DNA from: Candidatus Saccharimonadota bacterium
GTDB taxonomy: Bacteria; Patescibacteriota; Saccharimonadia; CAILAD01; BJGX01
Direction: 5' to 3'
Assembly: GCA_016191105.1 (NCBI GenBank)
Contig: JACPPH010000002.1
Coordinates: forward strand, 141,931-205,930
Length of the DNA: 64,000 nt
The notes beneath the pieces were generated by a model, which had not been told where the DNA came from, ran no database searches, and was given only the letters and a program-made list of their open reading frames with translations. Made by a program: the position numbers and the translations under genes. Positions 38,514-51,858 of the stretch are shown piece after piece. How positions within the stretch are numbered: position 1 is the stretch's first letter; each line of letters opens with the position of its first letter.

Positions 38514-39893
38514 TTACTTTTTCTCCTTATCTTTCTTATCTTTGCGTCGTTTTTGAATAATAAACTCAGCCAAACCAAAGCCACCGGCCACAGCCGAAGC
38601 ACTTACGGCATTTGGCACCTCGCCGGCCAACGATACGCCCGCAACCGCCGCTGAGCCTATTAAGCCCAACCCTACAGACGTAGCTATCTTATACCGATTA
38701 CCTCTACCCTGTTTGGCCGCCTCTTTACTCTCCGATTCCAGCTCGTAATTTAGGGCCTTGCCTACAATATTTGCAACCTCCCTAGGTTTGTTGTTATAAA
38801 TCCAGTTTTCTATGCCGCCTACCTGAGATGGTTTTATACCGCTACCCCTCGTTCTGGCAAGCTCATTCTCGGCCTTTTGCATGTTTAAAAGCATAAGCTG
38901 AACTTCTTGGGGCAGCTCCTGGCCAGTGGTGGCGTTATTAATAAAGGCCTGAGCCTCAGGGCTTAAGGTCTCTCCAGGGACATTGTTAACCCTATATACA
39001 AATGTGTCGAGTACAGCCTTGCCGGAGGCATTGTTTTCTGACAGTATCTTATTGAGATCTTTCTGGAGGTTCTTTTCTTTGCGGCCCTCTCGAACTGTTT
39101 CCTGTCCTCTATCTATATTGCCCCTGGCAGCCATATATCCTCCTAAGCCAATCATGGCCGGAGCAGGTGCAAAGCCCAACATGGTGGCCCCAACCCCACC
39201 TACCATCAACCCTATACCAAGGCCTACCCTTAGCCCAGGGTGTCGGGCTAGGAATGCTCCCGCTCTACCACCTTTGCGGGCCGCCTTGGCAGCGGTTTCG
39301 GACTTAGCTCTCTCGCAGCGCTCATTTGCAACCATCATCAACAGCTGAACCTGGGTCTCGGGCTTTTCCAAGACTTCTAAATTGTTTCGGTTTACCAGCT
39401 CTTTCATATTTTGTTTCACCTGGTTTTGCAGCTCCTGATTATATTGAGCTTCGGCATCTAAAATGTCCTGCTTACCAAAGCCCAGCCATCTGGCAAAAAC
39501 TGACTTTTGTTTTTCCCTGGCCACAGCAAGGGTATTTCTGGCTTTTTCTAGATCGGTCAGCTTGGGGTCGGTTGCAAACTCTTTATCTCTCTGGGTAGCC
39601 CAATCAAAAACCTTGTTGCCACCACGAAATATACTCTCTGCAGCGTTCTTTACGCCCCTGCCAAGCTCTTTACCGACTGTTTTGGTGGCATCAACTATCT
39701 TGCCAACATCCATCGAGCCCTCGTCGCCCCGTAATCTCGAAGAAGAGGCAGCTTCAGACTCGGCACGCATGTTTTTTAGGTCATCATAGACGTTTGAGCT
39801 GGCGCCAGAGTCACTAGACTTTTCACCAGAATCCTTTGGCCCAAAATTTACGTTATAATTTCCAGGCGAACTGCTGTATGCTTCAGCACTCAT
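38514..39893 (-). CDS. Membrane-associated coiled-coil protein with Lys-rich C-terminus
   Basis: 459 aa with a central hydrophobic Gly-rich segment, a C-terminal TM, and a KRRKDKKDKEKK tail. Confidence 0.45.
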   Translation of the reverse strand: MSAEAYSSSPGNYNVNFGPKDSGEKSSDSGASSNVYDDLKNMRAESEAASSSRLRGDEGSMDVGKIVDATKTVGKELGRGVKNAAESIFRGGNKVFDWATQRDKEFATDPKLTDLEKARNTLAVAREKQKSVFARWLGFGKQDILDAEAQYNQELQNQVKQNMKELVNRNNLEVLEKPETQVQLLMMVANERCERAKSETAAKAARKGGRAGAFLARHPGLRVGLGIGLMVGGVGATMLGFAPAPAMIGLGGYMAARGNIDRGQETVREGRKEKNLQKDLNKILSENNASGKAVLDTFVYRVNNVPGETLSPEAQAFINNATTGQELPQEVQLMLLNMQKAENELARTRGSGIKPSQVGGIENWIYNNKPREVANIVGKALNYELESESKEAAKQGRGNRYKIATSVGLGLIGSAAVAGVSLAGEVPNAVSASAVAGGFGLAEFIIQKRRKDKKDKEKK

Positions 39894-39938
39894 AGTTACC
39901 TCTGATTATAGTTTAATTTACAGATCAACGCAAACAGC

Positions 39939-41243
39939 TTATGCTGAGCCTAGCAGTTCTTTGAGCCTTGACTCAATTTGATCTGGCATATAGCTCCTGT
40001 GCCACTTTTTATAGTCGTAATCTGGGCGTGGAAACACAAAACGAGCCAATTCTGGATAGTCGCCGCTATCTTTGGCTATTTGCATGGCCGTGCGTACCTC
40101 GGCGATTTCGCCCACGCACTCTAGCGGCTTAATGCCATCTAAGCCTAACATCTGCTCGAAGGTACCACGTAAATTATTATCGGCAAACAAGTCGCGACCA
40201 TTGAATATCTCCATAAGCTCGGCTTTTTTTAGAAAAGGCGAGAATATAGTGTACACAAAGGCGCATTTAGGGCATTGGCCGCACCAGCTAAGCTTGTCTT
40301 TTTTATCCAAGTAAAAGTTACCATTGCAGCTCGAGAACAAGCCTTTGTATTTATCGAAGTAGTCTCGACAAAAAATCTCGGCAATTCGCAACTCGCTCAA
40401 AGGTCGCAAAACTGAATAAAAGTCCATATTAGCAGCTACATTATCTTTCAGGTATTTGTCCATAATAACCTCAAACATTGAGCTTTTTGAATATTGGTGG
40501 TTTACCGGCAGGTCTTTCCAGGTGGTGTTGGGTTCATCAGTTGAGGATTCAACCGCCCAAACCAAGCTCTTTTTGCCGGTTAAAATAGCCAAAACTGCCC
40601 CCATAAAGCCAATAATGGCCGTGACCGGCACATGACCGTTGTAGGCATCTTGCTCGTTAACCTCTTTTAGCTTGGGGTCGATTTGCCGGTTTATGCCAAA
40701 GCTTGGCTTGCCAATTTTATCTAGCAGGGGCTTAAACCGGTCGTGATGATAAACCACCCAGGTGAAATAATCCTCGCCTAACTTGTCTAACAACTCAGCG
40801 GCAACTATTGAATCCTTACCGCCTCCAACAGCCAGCAGCGAGCCTTTTAAATCTAGGCTTGGAGCCGGGCTGGCATGATCTGAACCCGCTGGAAACTTGG
40901 CAACCACAGCCGGATCAAGCTGGTTGGTATACAAAAACTGGCTTAAGCCATACAGATAAACGTCGTCGAAAAACGCCTTTTGAGCCGAATTAAGTCCACC
41001 TTTTTTAACGACTATCTCGGGTGCAAGATAAGCTTTGTAGTAACTAATGCCGGCCATTATCCACAAGCCAAACAAGACCCGATCGAATGCGGCTTGGTCG
41101 TAGCCTGCTGGATCGAGATTATCCCAGATTATTCGCTCCTCGAACTTAAGCTCGCCATCGAAGCTGTACTTTAAGGTCGCTATGTTAGCTTTGGTATCAA
41201 AGCTGTAATCTTCAAATATAAACTGTTTATACTTTGGCTTCAT
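39939..41243 (-). CDS. PP-loop ATP pyrophosphatase-like protein adjacent to murD (candidate MurL-type epimerase)
   Basis: 434 aa with PP-loop LLAVGGGKDS and a CGQCPKC cysteine cluster. Its stop overlaps the murD start (ATGA). Confidence 0.5.
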   Translation of the reverse strand: MKPKYKQFIFEDYSFDTKANIATLKYSFDGELKFEERIIWDNLDPAGYDQAAFDRVLFGLWIMAGISYYKAYLAPEIVVKKGGLNSAQKAFFDDVYLYGLSQFLYTNQLDPAVVAKFPAGSDHASPAPSLDLKGSLLAVGGGKDSIVAAELLDKLGEDYFTWVVYHHDRFKPLLDKIGKPSFGINRQIDPKLKEVNEQDAYNGHVPVTAIIGFMGAVLAILTGKKSLVWAVESSTDEPNTTWKDLPVNHQYSKSSMFEVIMDKYLKDNVAANMDFYSVLRPLSELRIAEIFCRDYFDKYKGLFSSCNGNFYLDKKDKLSWCGQCPKCAFVYTIFSPFLKKAELMEIFNGRDLFADNNLRGTFEQMLGLDGIKPLECVGEIAEVRTAMQIAKDSGDYPELARFVFPRPDYDYKKWHRSYMPDQIESRLKELLGSA

Positions 41244-42565
41244 TTTAACTTTCTCACTGCTTCTATAAACTGATCGCCGCGGTCTTCGTAATTAGCAAAC
41301 ATATCAAAACTCTTGGCGCCAGGTGACAGCAACACGGCATCGCCGGCTTGAGACGACTTTGCGGACATCGTTACGGCTTCTGACATGTTTTGGGCCTTGG
41401 CATACTCAACCTTTCCGCCTAGTTGAGCGGCAAGACTATTGGTAGTGCTACCAATCAATATTATTTTTTTAACCTTATTATCTATAAGTTGTGACACTAA
41501 TTGGCTGTAGTCCTGATTGTCGTCTTGGCCGCCCAAAATTAATACTTTTGGCTTGCTAATAGCCTCTGTCGCCACCCTGGCGGCAGTTGGGTCTTTAGAT
41601 ATTGAGTCGTCAACATATTCGACACCGCCAATCTCACTAATAGTTTGTAACCTGTGTGGCAAGCCCCCAAATTCAGACAGCACCTTAGAGTAAACAGTCT
41701 GGCCATCCACCAGATCAAATACGGCTGCACAAGCAGCACAGACATTATCTAACACATGGGCTCCGCGCATTTTAACATCGGTGGTCTTGGCAACTTGGTG
41801 TTCACCAACCAAGATCCGACCATCTTCCACCCTCGCCGCAGCTGGGTCGGTAGAACCTCTATCAAACGGGATTTTTGTTTTAGCCTGCGAGGCTTCGGCG
41901 GCTTGCTTCACCTTCTCGTCGCCAGCATAGAAGACCGCTACATCATCGGGCTTTTGGTAGCAAAATATATTAGCCTTAGCCTGCATATAGCCTTCAACAC
42001 TAGGATGTATATCTAAGTGATCTGGCTCAATCATTAAGTGTACAGCTATGTGCGGACTTTGCTTGATGTCGGCTAATTGAAAACTAGACAGCTCAAAGAC
42101 CACCCAATCTTTGGCGCTAACTTGCCCTAAGCTTTCCAGTGGAGCATCACCGATATTGCCAATCAGATGAGCTGTTTTGCCATCGGCTTTTAAAAATTCT
42201 GCTATCAACGAACTTGTGGTGCTCTTACCTTTAGTGCCGGTAACGCCAATTATGGGAGCTGGGCACTTAGTAAAAAATTCTATGGTGTTCGAGGTGATGG
42301 GCGCCGTGGTTTTAATGCGATGTGGCAGAATATCGGCTGTGCGCACCACTAGATCGAAGTTGTCGAGCAAGCCTGCAAAATCGGTGTTGCGCAGGACCTC
42401 CTGTAACTCCACATTGGCTGGAAGATTGCGAATCGGTGAGTTTTGGGCTGCTTGGGGGTTTTTGTAGTAAAACACCGTGCAATCTGAGCCTTGATTGCGA
42501 AAATAATCTAAGGCCGCGCGACCCTCACGGTTGTAGCCTAGTATTGCAACTCTTTGGTTAGACAT
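41240..42565 (-). CDS. murD: UDP-N-acetylmuramoyl-L-alanine--glutamate ligase
   Basis: 441 aa with the Mur ligase central domain (GVTGTKGKSTT) and typical MurD N- and C-terminal domains. Confidence 0.85.
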   Translation of the reverse strand: MSNQRVAILGYNREGRAALDYFRNQGSDCTVFYYKNPQAAQNSPIRNLPANVELQEVLRNTDFAGLLDNFDLVVRTADILPHRIKTTAPITSNTIEFFTKCPAPIIGVTGTKGKSTTSSLIAEFLKADGKTAHLIGNIGDAPLESLGQVSAKDWVVFELSSFQLADIKQSPHIAVHLMIEPDHLDIHPSVEGYMQAKANIFCYQKPDDVAVFYAGDEKVKQAAEASQAKTKIPFDRGSTDPAAARVEDGRILVGEHQVAKTTDVKMRGAHVLDNVCAACAAVFDLVDGQTVYSKVLSEFGGLPHRLQTISEIGGVEYVDDSISKDPTAARVATEAISKPKVLILGGQDDNQDYSQLVSQLIDNKVKKIILIGSTTNSLAAQLGGKVEYAKAQNMSEAVTMSAKSSQAGDAVLLSPGAKSFDMFANYEDRGDQFIEAVRKLK

Positions 42566-42579
42566 AACTACATTATAAC

Positions 42580-43236
42580 TTATTGAATTGCCATTAGCTG
42601 GACATCGAATACTAACGTAGCATTTGGTGGAATAGCGGGCGGATAACCTCTCTCGCCATAGGCTAGACTAGCCGGAACCGTAAGCCGGCGCACCACCCCC
42701 ACCTTCATGTCTTGCAGACCAATGTCCCAGCCCTGGATAACTTGGCCAGCACCCAATTTGAAAGCGAATGGCTTTTTTTCGCCTTTTAGGCTAGTGTCGA
42801 ACACATTGCCGTCAGTAAAGTAGCCTATGTAATGCACAGCCACGGTATCACCAACCTTGGTTTTACGATCACCCTGACCAGAATTATACTCTTCGATTTT
42901 CAAGCCATTACTAAGTGTTTGGCTGCGAACCGGCTGCGACTGTTGAGATGACGATGACGATTGCTGTCCAGTCGAACCCTGTTGCGAGTTAGGAGCAGTT
43001 TGCGGCTGGGTGGCAGGTGCTTGCAAAGTTTGCTGGCCCAAGTTGCCATCGAGCCCTGGCAAAGCAATACCGTTGCCATTGTAGTTAGACTCACTGCTTA
43101 CTATAACCGGCTGGCTGGCTTGATCGTATTTATAAAACAAGTAGCCCACGGCGGCCATCAGCAATAGTAAAACAACCACAGGAACTAGCCATAGCCATTT
43201 TCTCTCAAAACGTCTTTTTTTAGAGCCAAATTCCAT
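42580..43236 (-). CDS. FKBP-type peptidyl-prolyl cis-trans isomerase, membrane-anchored
   Basis: 218 aa with an N-terminal TM, a Gln/Ser-rich linker, and a C-terminal FKBP domain (GDTVAVHYIGYFTDGNVFDTS...GWDIGLQDMKVG). Confidence 0.8.
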   Translation of the reverse strand: MEFGSKKRRFERKWLWLVPVVVLLLLMAAVGYLFYKYDQASQPVIVSSESNYNGNGIALPGLDGNLGQQTLQAPATQPQTAPNSQQGSTGQQSSSSSQQSQPVRSQTLSNGLKIEEYNSGQGDRKTKVGDTVAVHYIGYFTDGNVFDTSLKGEKKPFAFKLGAGQVIQGWDIGLQDMKVGVVRRLTVPASLAYGERGYPPAIPPNATLVFDVQLMAIQ

Positions 43237-43241
43237 TTTGC

Positions 43242-45833
<2,592 letters not shown>

Positions 45834-45892
45834 AAACTGCTAAATTAACCTAGTTATTATACCAGATAACAACAGATAGGTCGAGGCCGTGA

Positions 45893-46249
45893 CTACTTTT
45901 GCCGTAGTTTGCCTAGAGCATCTTTAATACGTAGCCGTTTAGGGACACTCTTGTCTTTGTAGCGACGGATTTGATCTTTGAGCTTGGCCTCAACAATATC
46001 GACTGCCGAATGCGGATTAATGGTAGCGGTTTCGGCCACCAAGTCAGGACCCGGCACCTCTAAAACTGCCGTGACTTTGTAGCGATTATCCTCGCGGCCC
46101 GAAGGATCGCGAAACACCTCCACGCGCATAGCCACAGCCTGGTGAGCTCGCGGCATGTATTTATCGAGCTTGCCAAGCTTGGTTTCTACGTATTTACGAA
46201 GGTTTTTGTCGATCTCGTACTGGCGCCCGCTAAGCTGTATTTTGATCAT
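45893..46249 (-). CDS. hpf: Ribosome hibernation promoting factor
   Basis: 118 aa with the beta-alpha-beta-beta-beta-alpha fold pattern typical of the YfiA/HPF family. Confidence 0.75.
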   Translation of the reverse strand: MIKIQLSGRQYEIDKNLRKYVETKLGKLDKYMPRAHQAVAMRVEVFRDPSGREDNRYKVTAVLEVPGPDLVAETATINPHSAVDIVEAKLKDQIRRYKDKSVPKRLRIKDALGKLRQK

Positions 46250-46258
46250 AACACCTCC

Positions 46259-47554
46259 TTATAACTTATCGGCTCCGTAGTATTTTTGCAGAACCCTAGG
46301 AATCGCTACCGAGCCATCTGCTTGCTGATAGTTCTCCATGATTGCAATCATGGTTCGACCCATTGCGAAAGCCGTGGCATCGTTGGTATGAGCAAAGCTA
46401 ATATTTCCTTCACCGTCTTTTAATCGTAGGTTAAGACGTCGTGCCTGATAATCGGTCATATAATCAGCTGAATGGGTTTCACGATACTTATTTTGCGACG
46501 GAATCCAGGCCTCAATATCAACGCCGCGGAAATTAGGGTCGCCCATGTCGCCAGTACATTTAAGTAGCACATGGTACGGAATTTCTAGCTCCTGCATTAA
46601 ATATTCCTGCACCGCAACCATAAATTTATGTTCATTCATACCGTCTTTTGAACCTGTAAAGCTCTCCATTTCTAGCTTGTCGAAGTGATGCATGCGCAAA
46701 ATACCGTGCAAATCCTTACCGTAGCTGCCGGCTTCGCGACGAAAACTCGTAGAGTAGCCCAAAAAGCGCAATGGTAAGTCCTTGTTATCTAAAATTTCAT
46801 CCTGATACATAGCTACCATGCTGTGCTCGGCGCTGCCTATGAGCCACAAGTCATCATCGGCTAACTTATAAGTAACTTCTTCGGCCTTTAGGCGCGCAGT
46901 GGCGGCATAGCTATCCGTTCGCAACATTACGGGTGGCAGCATTAGCTGAAATGGCCTAGTTGAGACACATAGTTTGGACTGATCAGTTATTTTTTTGATC
47001 TGATCTTCGCTAGTTAATACATCAATTGTCCAGTTTATAATTGCAAATTGCAGCTTAACCAAACCGTTCATTAGATAGGCAAAACGCGCACCTGAAACTT
47101 TAGCCGCCCTTTTTAAATCAATCGTTCCATGAGCCTCTCCAAGCGTTACGTGATCTTTTGCTTTAAATTCAAATTTTGGCCGTTCGCCCCACTTCGAAAT
47201 CTCAACATTCTCTGACTCATCTTTGCCAACAGGTGTGTCTTGAGATGCAATATTAGGAACAGCGTAGAGCAACTTTAGATAATCAGCATTTACCTGGTTA
47301 TAAGATTTATCTAGACAGTCTGCTTTGACTTTTAGATCTTTGCCTTTTTGCACTAAATCCTCAGTCGGCTTGCCACCTTTCGACTCTCTGGCCAGGGAGT
47401 TTCGCTCAGATTGTACACTTTCCAGCCGTTGAAGCTCATCACGTCTCTGGTTATCAAGTTCAAGTAGCTTGTCGATATCAACTTTTGCGTTCTTATTCTT
47501 AGCCGCATTCCTAACCTCATCGGTGTGCTCGCGGATGTACTTTATATCTAACAT
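46259..47554 (-). CDS. serS: Seryl-tRNA synthetase
   Basis: 431 aa with an N-terminal coiled-coil arm and class II catalytic motifs. Confidence 0.9.
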   Translation of the reverse strand: MLDIKYIREHTDEVRNAAKNKNAKVDIDKLLELDNQRRDELQRLESVQSERNSLARESKGGKPTEDLVQKGKDLKVKADCLDKSYNQVNADYLKLLYAVPNIASQDTPVGKDESENVEISKWGERPKFEFKAKDHVTLGEAHGTIDLKRAAKVSGARFAYLMNGLVKLQFAIINWTIDVLTSEDQIKKITDQSKLCVSTRPFQLMLPPVMLRTDSYAATARLKAEEVTYKLADDDLWLIGSAEHSMVAMYQDEILDNKDLPLRFLGYSTSFRREAGSYGKDLHGILRMHHFDKLEMESFTGSKDGMNEHKFMVAVQEYLMQELEIPYHVLLKCTGDMGDPNFRGVDIEAWIPSQNKYRETHSADYMTDYQARRLNLRLKDGEGNISFAHTNDATAFAMGRTMIAIMENYQQADGSVAIPRVLQKYYGADKL

Positions 47555-47594
47555 ATTAGGCTCATTATAGCCGATTTTGATCTAGTCAGAAAGC

Positions 47595-49166
47595 TTAAGC
47601 TTTGCGAGCCAATCTATCTAAAACAAATTGTTTATCGAGGCTAGCCAAGAAATAGCCGGCTTTGGGGCCCGAATCTTTGGCGATAAACAGCTGGTATATG
47701 AGCTTAAAAGCATCGCCAGGCTTTAAATCGCAGGCCACGGAAGTTTCGTAAATAGCCGTATGAATAGCCTCGGGCTCGAAGCTGCCACCCGACAGTTCTT
47801 CGGCTAGCTTGTTTAAAAATTTCTCTTGCTCAGATCTGAGCTCAAGTTTTGGTAACTTCTGCTGAATCTCAAATTTAACAGTCTCTGGGGCGAACTTTTT
47901 GAGCCAGCGCCTAATATACTCGCATTCTCGCAAAATCGAGTCCTTTTGGGTTTTAACGGCTTCTTGGTGCCCCGTGCGATTAAGTAGCTCGAGTATCTCT
48001 TCGTCCTCTCCCTGAGCGGTTTGATAGACGGTTACTAAATGGCTAAATGGCACCGTGCTCACCACATGCTCATCGCCCTGCAAACTAGCAATTTGCCAAG
48101 ATCGTTTGAATTCTGGCTCTTCGCCAGCCAGCGTTTCGGATTCGGTCTTAGCATATTCATCCACTAGGTTATATAAGCCTATACCTGGGTCAAAGAATAG
48201 TTGTCGTTCGGGTCGACTTTTGAAGGTAAAGTAGCGCAGAATTTCGGGTGGGATTATCTGCAAAGTATCGGTAATACTAACCAGGTTGCCGATTGAACTC
48301 GACATCTTCTTGGTCTCGCCTTTTAGGTTAATTGTTTCGTAGGGCACGGGATATGGTGCCGGTGAACCAAAAACCTCTTCCATAATTGCTTTGCCGGTGT
48401 CGTAGCTGCCACCTTTGGTGGCGTGTTCACGCCCAAAACCTTCGAGCTGGTTGCCCCAAATCTTCCACCAGGCCGGCCAGTGCACCCGCCAATCGAGCTT
48501 AACTTGGCCTTTGGCAATATTGGCTTGATGCTCTTTGCCATCGGTGCCCAGATAGTTAACCAAACCTGTTTGAGAGTTAAAGCCGACAAACTTAGCCGTG
48601 CGCAAGCTATTGCTGGTTTCATCAAGTACCTGAATTGGCTGCCAGCCGTCTTCAACCGCTCGACCACCAACTCGATGTAAAATTTCGGCAATCTGATCGC
48701 GCTTTTGTAAACTTAAACTAATTAACTCAGCAAAAGCACCTTTTTGATACTCTTGGTGGATGCGCACAACCTCCATCTCAATTCCAAGTTTTTTGGTAGC
48801 GTTTAAGTATTCATTGAAGTACTGATCGGCGTAACTCTTGGATTTACCATCTGGAGCAGGCACCAAGTAGAGTGGTTTGCCGGCTTCACTCTCGTAGCTT
48901 TCTGGCAAATATGGATAACGTTTGCGCAAAGCATCAAAATCATCGACGAAATGAACATGGCGGATAACACGGCCGTGTTCCCTTAAGCCGCGCAAAATCG
49001 CGTCTGGCACCAGAACCTCGCGCGAATGCCCTAGATGGTACGGCCCAGACGGCGTAATGCCACTGCACACCAAAAGCTCACCCTCCGGATACAGTTTTTG
49101 TATGTGACCGCAAATAAGATCGACCCAGTAGCCCGAAGCCGCAGCTTGATCCGATGTGTTACTCAT
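47595..49166 (-). CDS. lysS: Lysyl-tRNA synthetase, class I (LysRS1)
   Basis: 523 aa with HLGH (HIGH-type) and KMSSS (KMSKS-type) motifs. Its architecture matches archaeal-type class I LysRS, not class II LysS. Confidence 0.8.
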   Translation of the reverse strand: MSNTSDQAAASGYWVDLICGHIQKLYPEGELLVCSGITPSGPYHLGHSREVLVPDAILRGLREHGRVIRHVHFVDDFDALRKRYPYLPESYESEAGKPLYLVPAPDGKSKSYADQYFNEYLNATKKLGIEMEVVRIHQEYQKGAFAELISLSLQKRDQIAEILHRVGGRAVEDGWQPIQVLDETSNSLRTAKFVGFNSQTGLVNYLGTDGKEHQANIAKGQVKLDWRVHWPAWWKIWGNQLEGFGREHATKGGSYDTGKAIMEEVFGSPAPYPVPYETINLKGETKKMSSSIGNLVSITDTLQIIPPEILRYFTFKSRPERQLFFDPGIGLYNLVDEYAKTESETLAGEEPEFKRSWQIASLQGDEHVVSTVPFSHLVTVYQTAQGEDEEILELLNRTGHQEAVKTQKDSILRECEYIRRWLKKFAPETVKFEIQQKLPKLELRSEQEKFLNKLAEELSGGSFEPEAIHTAIYETSVACDLKPGDAFKLIYQLFIAKDSGPKAGYFLASLDKQFVLDRLARKA

Positions 49167-49207
49167 AAATTTAGTATACGAGATTTAGCTTGATCGCAAC
49201 AGTGTAA

Positions 49208-49672
49208 CTAATTGACGCTTACAATTTTGTAAGTAATAGTACCGGCCGGGATTTCAACATCGACTTCTTCACCAACTTTACAGCCGATTAAAGCCTTGCC
49301 AATTGGGCTAACATCAGAGATCTTACCTTTGTCTGGGTTGGCTTCGGTGCTACCTACAATCTTAAATATCTGATCACCATCAGCCAGCAAAACTTTTACA
49401 GTTGAGCCAACAGCCACCACATCGGTTTTTTGATTCTTAATGACTTTAGAATGCTTTAGAATATTCTCAATTTCGGCAATCCTGCCCTCTATGAACACCT
49501 GTCGAGCCTTGGCATCATCCCAATCGGTATTTTCACTAAGATCACCAAACTCCTTAGCTTCTTTGAGTGCCCTAGCAACTTCTTTACGCTTATTTTTTGT
49601 GAGGTCAGCTAGCTCGGTCTTGAGCTCTTCAATGCCCTCCGACGTTAAATAAAAATCTTGCTTCTTTGCCAT
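49208..49672 (-). CDS. greA: Transcription elongation factor GreA
   Basis: 154 aa with an N-terminal coiled coil and a C-terminal FKBP-like domain. Confidence 0.9.
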   Translation of the reverse strand: MAKKQDFYLTSEGIEELKTELADLTKNKRKEVARALKEAKEFGDLSENTDWDDAKARQVFIEGRIAEIENILKHSKVIKNQKTDVVAVGSTVKVLLADGDQIFKIVGSTEANPDKGKISDVSPIGKALIGCKVGEEVDVEIPAGTITYKIVSVN

Positions 49673-49860
49673 TCCCGCAGATTACCTCGCTTTCAGAAAC
49701 ACTTGGTTACTACCAAGCAAAACGACCATGTTTTTTGCATGGTCTAAGTTAAGCAATTTTACAACTGAGATTTACATCTCACCCTCAACACATGCGGTGT
49801 TTGTTTTCGAGTTTAAACCTGTAAGCCCAGCCTGTCAAGCTATTTGTTGCTTTTACCGCT

Positions 49861-51831
49861 CTAGCGTGGTGAAAAATACCATTTTAGAATCTCGTTGGTT
49901 ACTGGCACCGAGTACTCAGCGCCTTCTCCAGAGTTCTCTACCAGCACCACCATGGCGATCTGGGGGTTTTTAGCCGGCGCATAAGCTACAAACCACGCAT
50001 CTGGTTTAGTGGTTGGATTCTTGCCATCGAAGCCTTGTGAGCTGGTTTCGGCCGTACCGGTTTTGCCAGCCACCTGCACTGGCACTTCGTTCTTTATGCT
50101 ACAACAAGCGGTGCCTGCCGCCACAGCTTGTTCCATGCCTTGGCGAATTAGATCGAGAGCCTGGGAGCTAACAACATTTTGCCTAACCGGCACCGGCTCA
50201 ATCTTACGCACAGTCTGACCAGACGGGCTGCGCACCTCCAAAGCTACGCGTGGCTCATAAAGAGTGCCGCCATTAGCGATTGCTGCGGTCGCCATAACCA
50301 GCTGCATAGGCGTAGCCAAAAAGTCACCTTGGCCAATTGAAATATTATAGGTGTCGCCTAACCCCCAAGGCTCGCCAGTTTTTTGCTGTTTAGTAGCTGG
50401 CGTTGGCACATAGCCGTTGCTCTCGGATTTTATATCAATGTTAGTCTTTTGGCCAAAACCAAACTTTTTGTACCAGGCGACTAGCTTTTCTGGGCCCACC
50501 CCCTTAAACCCCTGGTAACCGCCACCCACCACGTAAAAGAAGATATCCGAGCTCCAGGTAAGTGCTTTAACTACATTAACAGGTCCCAAGCCACTAGCCT
50601 CCCAGCCCTTAAAAGTATAAACAATCGATGGGTTATATTGATTTTGTACCTCCAGCTTGCCCTTGTCATCGACAATAGTGCTGGCATTTATTACCTTCTC
50701 ATCTAATGCGGCGCTCGAAATAAACGGCTTGATAGTCGAGCCAATGGGGTAGCTGCCATTCAAGGTTCGGTTAAACAGGGGCTTGGAGGGATCGTTGAGC
50801 AAGCGGCTATAGTCGGCCTGAGATATTCCTTTGGCAAACAGATTGTTATCGTAGCCCGGATAGTTAACTGCTGCCAACACCTGGCCGTTTTGAGGATTGA
50901 CTGCTATTGCTGCTCCCGCCTTAGCGCCAGCCTTCTGAACTCCAGCCGCCAAAGCTTCGTAGGCTTTTGCCTGTAGATTCTTGTCGATTGAAAGAATTAA
51001 ACCATTGCCAGGAGTTGGCTCAATTTTTGCCAAGTATTTTATAGGCTGTCCCGAGGCATCGACAGCCGTTTGTTCCTTGCCATCTACTCCCTTTAGATCT
51101 TGCTCATAGGATTGTTCGAGACCACTTTTGCCAATGTAGTCAATTTGGCGGTAGTTGGGGTACTGAGCCCATTCCTCGGCTGATATGCGCCCGGTGTAAC
51201 CCAAAAAATGCGATAAATTACCCCCATCTAGATATTCCCTGATCGGGTTGACCTCTATAGAAAAGCCCCTCAGGCCGGCCTGGTATTCATCAATATTTAG
51301 AGCCGTGTCGCGGTCGACATTTTCGGCCACCACAACTGCTTGAGAATATTTTAGCCCTTTTGATTCTGCTTTGGCTTTTAGCTCGGCCGGCGAAGACCGC
51401 AACAGCCCTGCCAAGAGATTGTATTGAGACTGACGATCAGTAGCATTGCTTGGAAGCTGGCTCGGCATGGCTGTTAAATCGTAGTTGGCTACATTGCGCG
51501 CCACCACCTGACCATTACGATCATATATGGTGCCGCGGGGAGCTGTAATGTTTTGTGAGCGAACTCTGTTGCCAGCTGCTAGCGCCGTCGATTGCCGGCC
51601 ATTTACAATTTGTAAATTGGCTAGCCGCGCAAACAAAACGATCGCCACGCCCAGCGTAGCAACTGCAAATACTATAAAAAAGGCGATCGGTAGACTGTCA
51701 TAACCAGCAACCTGGTCGCTGCTACCGGTCATAACTGCTGCCGACCAGTCCTCGCTGGTTTTTACCGATTGCTCTCGCTTCGACGGCTTAAAACTTATGG
51801 CTCGATCATAAAAGTCACCAAATATCTTCAA
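49861..51831 (-). CDS. mrdA: Penicillin-binding protein 2 (transpeptidase)
   Basis: About 620-656 aa with a TM anchor and SxxK / SxN / KTG transpeptidase motifs. It heads the mreDCB block. Confidence 0.8.
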   Translation of the reverse strand: MKIFGDFYDRAISFKPSKREQSVKTSEDWSAAVMTGSSDQVAGYDSLPIAFFIVFAVATLGVAIVLFARLANLQIVNGRQSTALAAGNRVRSQNITAPRGTIYDRNGQVVARNVANYDLTAMPSQLPSNATDRQSQYNLLAGLLRSSPAELKAKAESKGLKYSQAVVVAENVDRDTALNIDEYQAGLRGFSIEVNPIREYLDGGNLSHFLGYTGRISAEEWAQYPNYRQIDYIGKSGLEQSYEQDLKGVDGKEQTAVDASGQPIKYLAKIEPTPGNGLILSIDKNLQAKAYEALAAGVQKAGAKAGAAIAVNPQNGQVLAAVNYPGYDNNLFAKGISQADYSRLLNDPSKPLFNRTLNGSYPIGSTIKPFISSAALDEKVINASTIVDDKGKLEVQNQYNPSIVYTFKGWEASGLGPVNVVKALTWSSDIFFYVVGGGYQGFKGVGPEKLVAWYKKFGFGQKTNIDIKSESNGYVPTPATKQQKTGEPWGLGDTYNISIGQGDFLATPMQLVMATAAIANGGTLYEPRVALEVRSPSGQTVRKIEPVPVRQNVVSSQALDLIRQGMEQAVAAGTACCSIKNEVPVQVAGKTGTAETSSQGFDGKNPTTKPDAWFVAYAPAKNPQIAMVVLVENSGEGAEYSVPVTNEILKWYFSPR

Positions 51832-51858
51832 GCTAACCCCCTGTTTGAATAGTAACCC

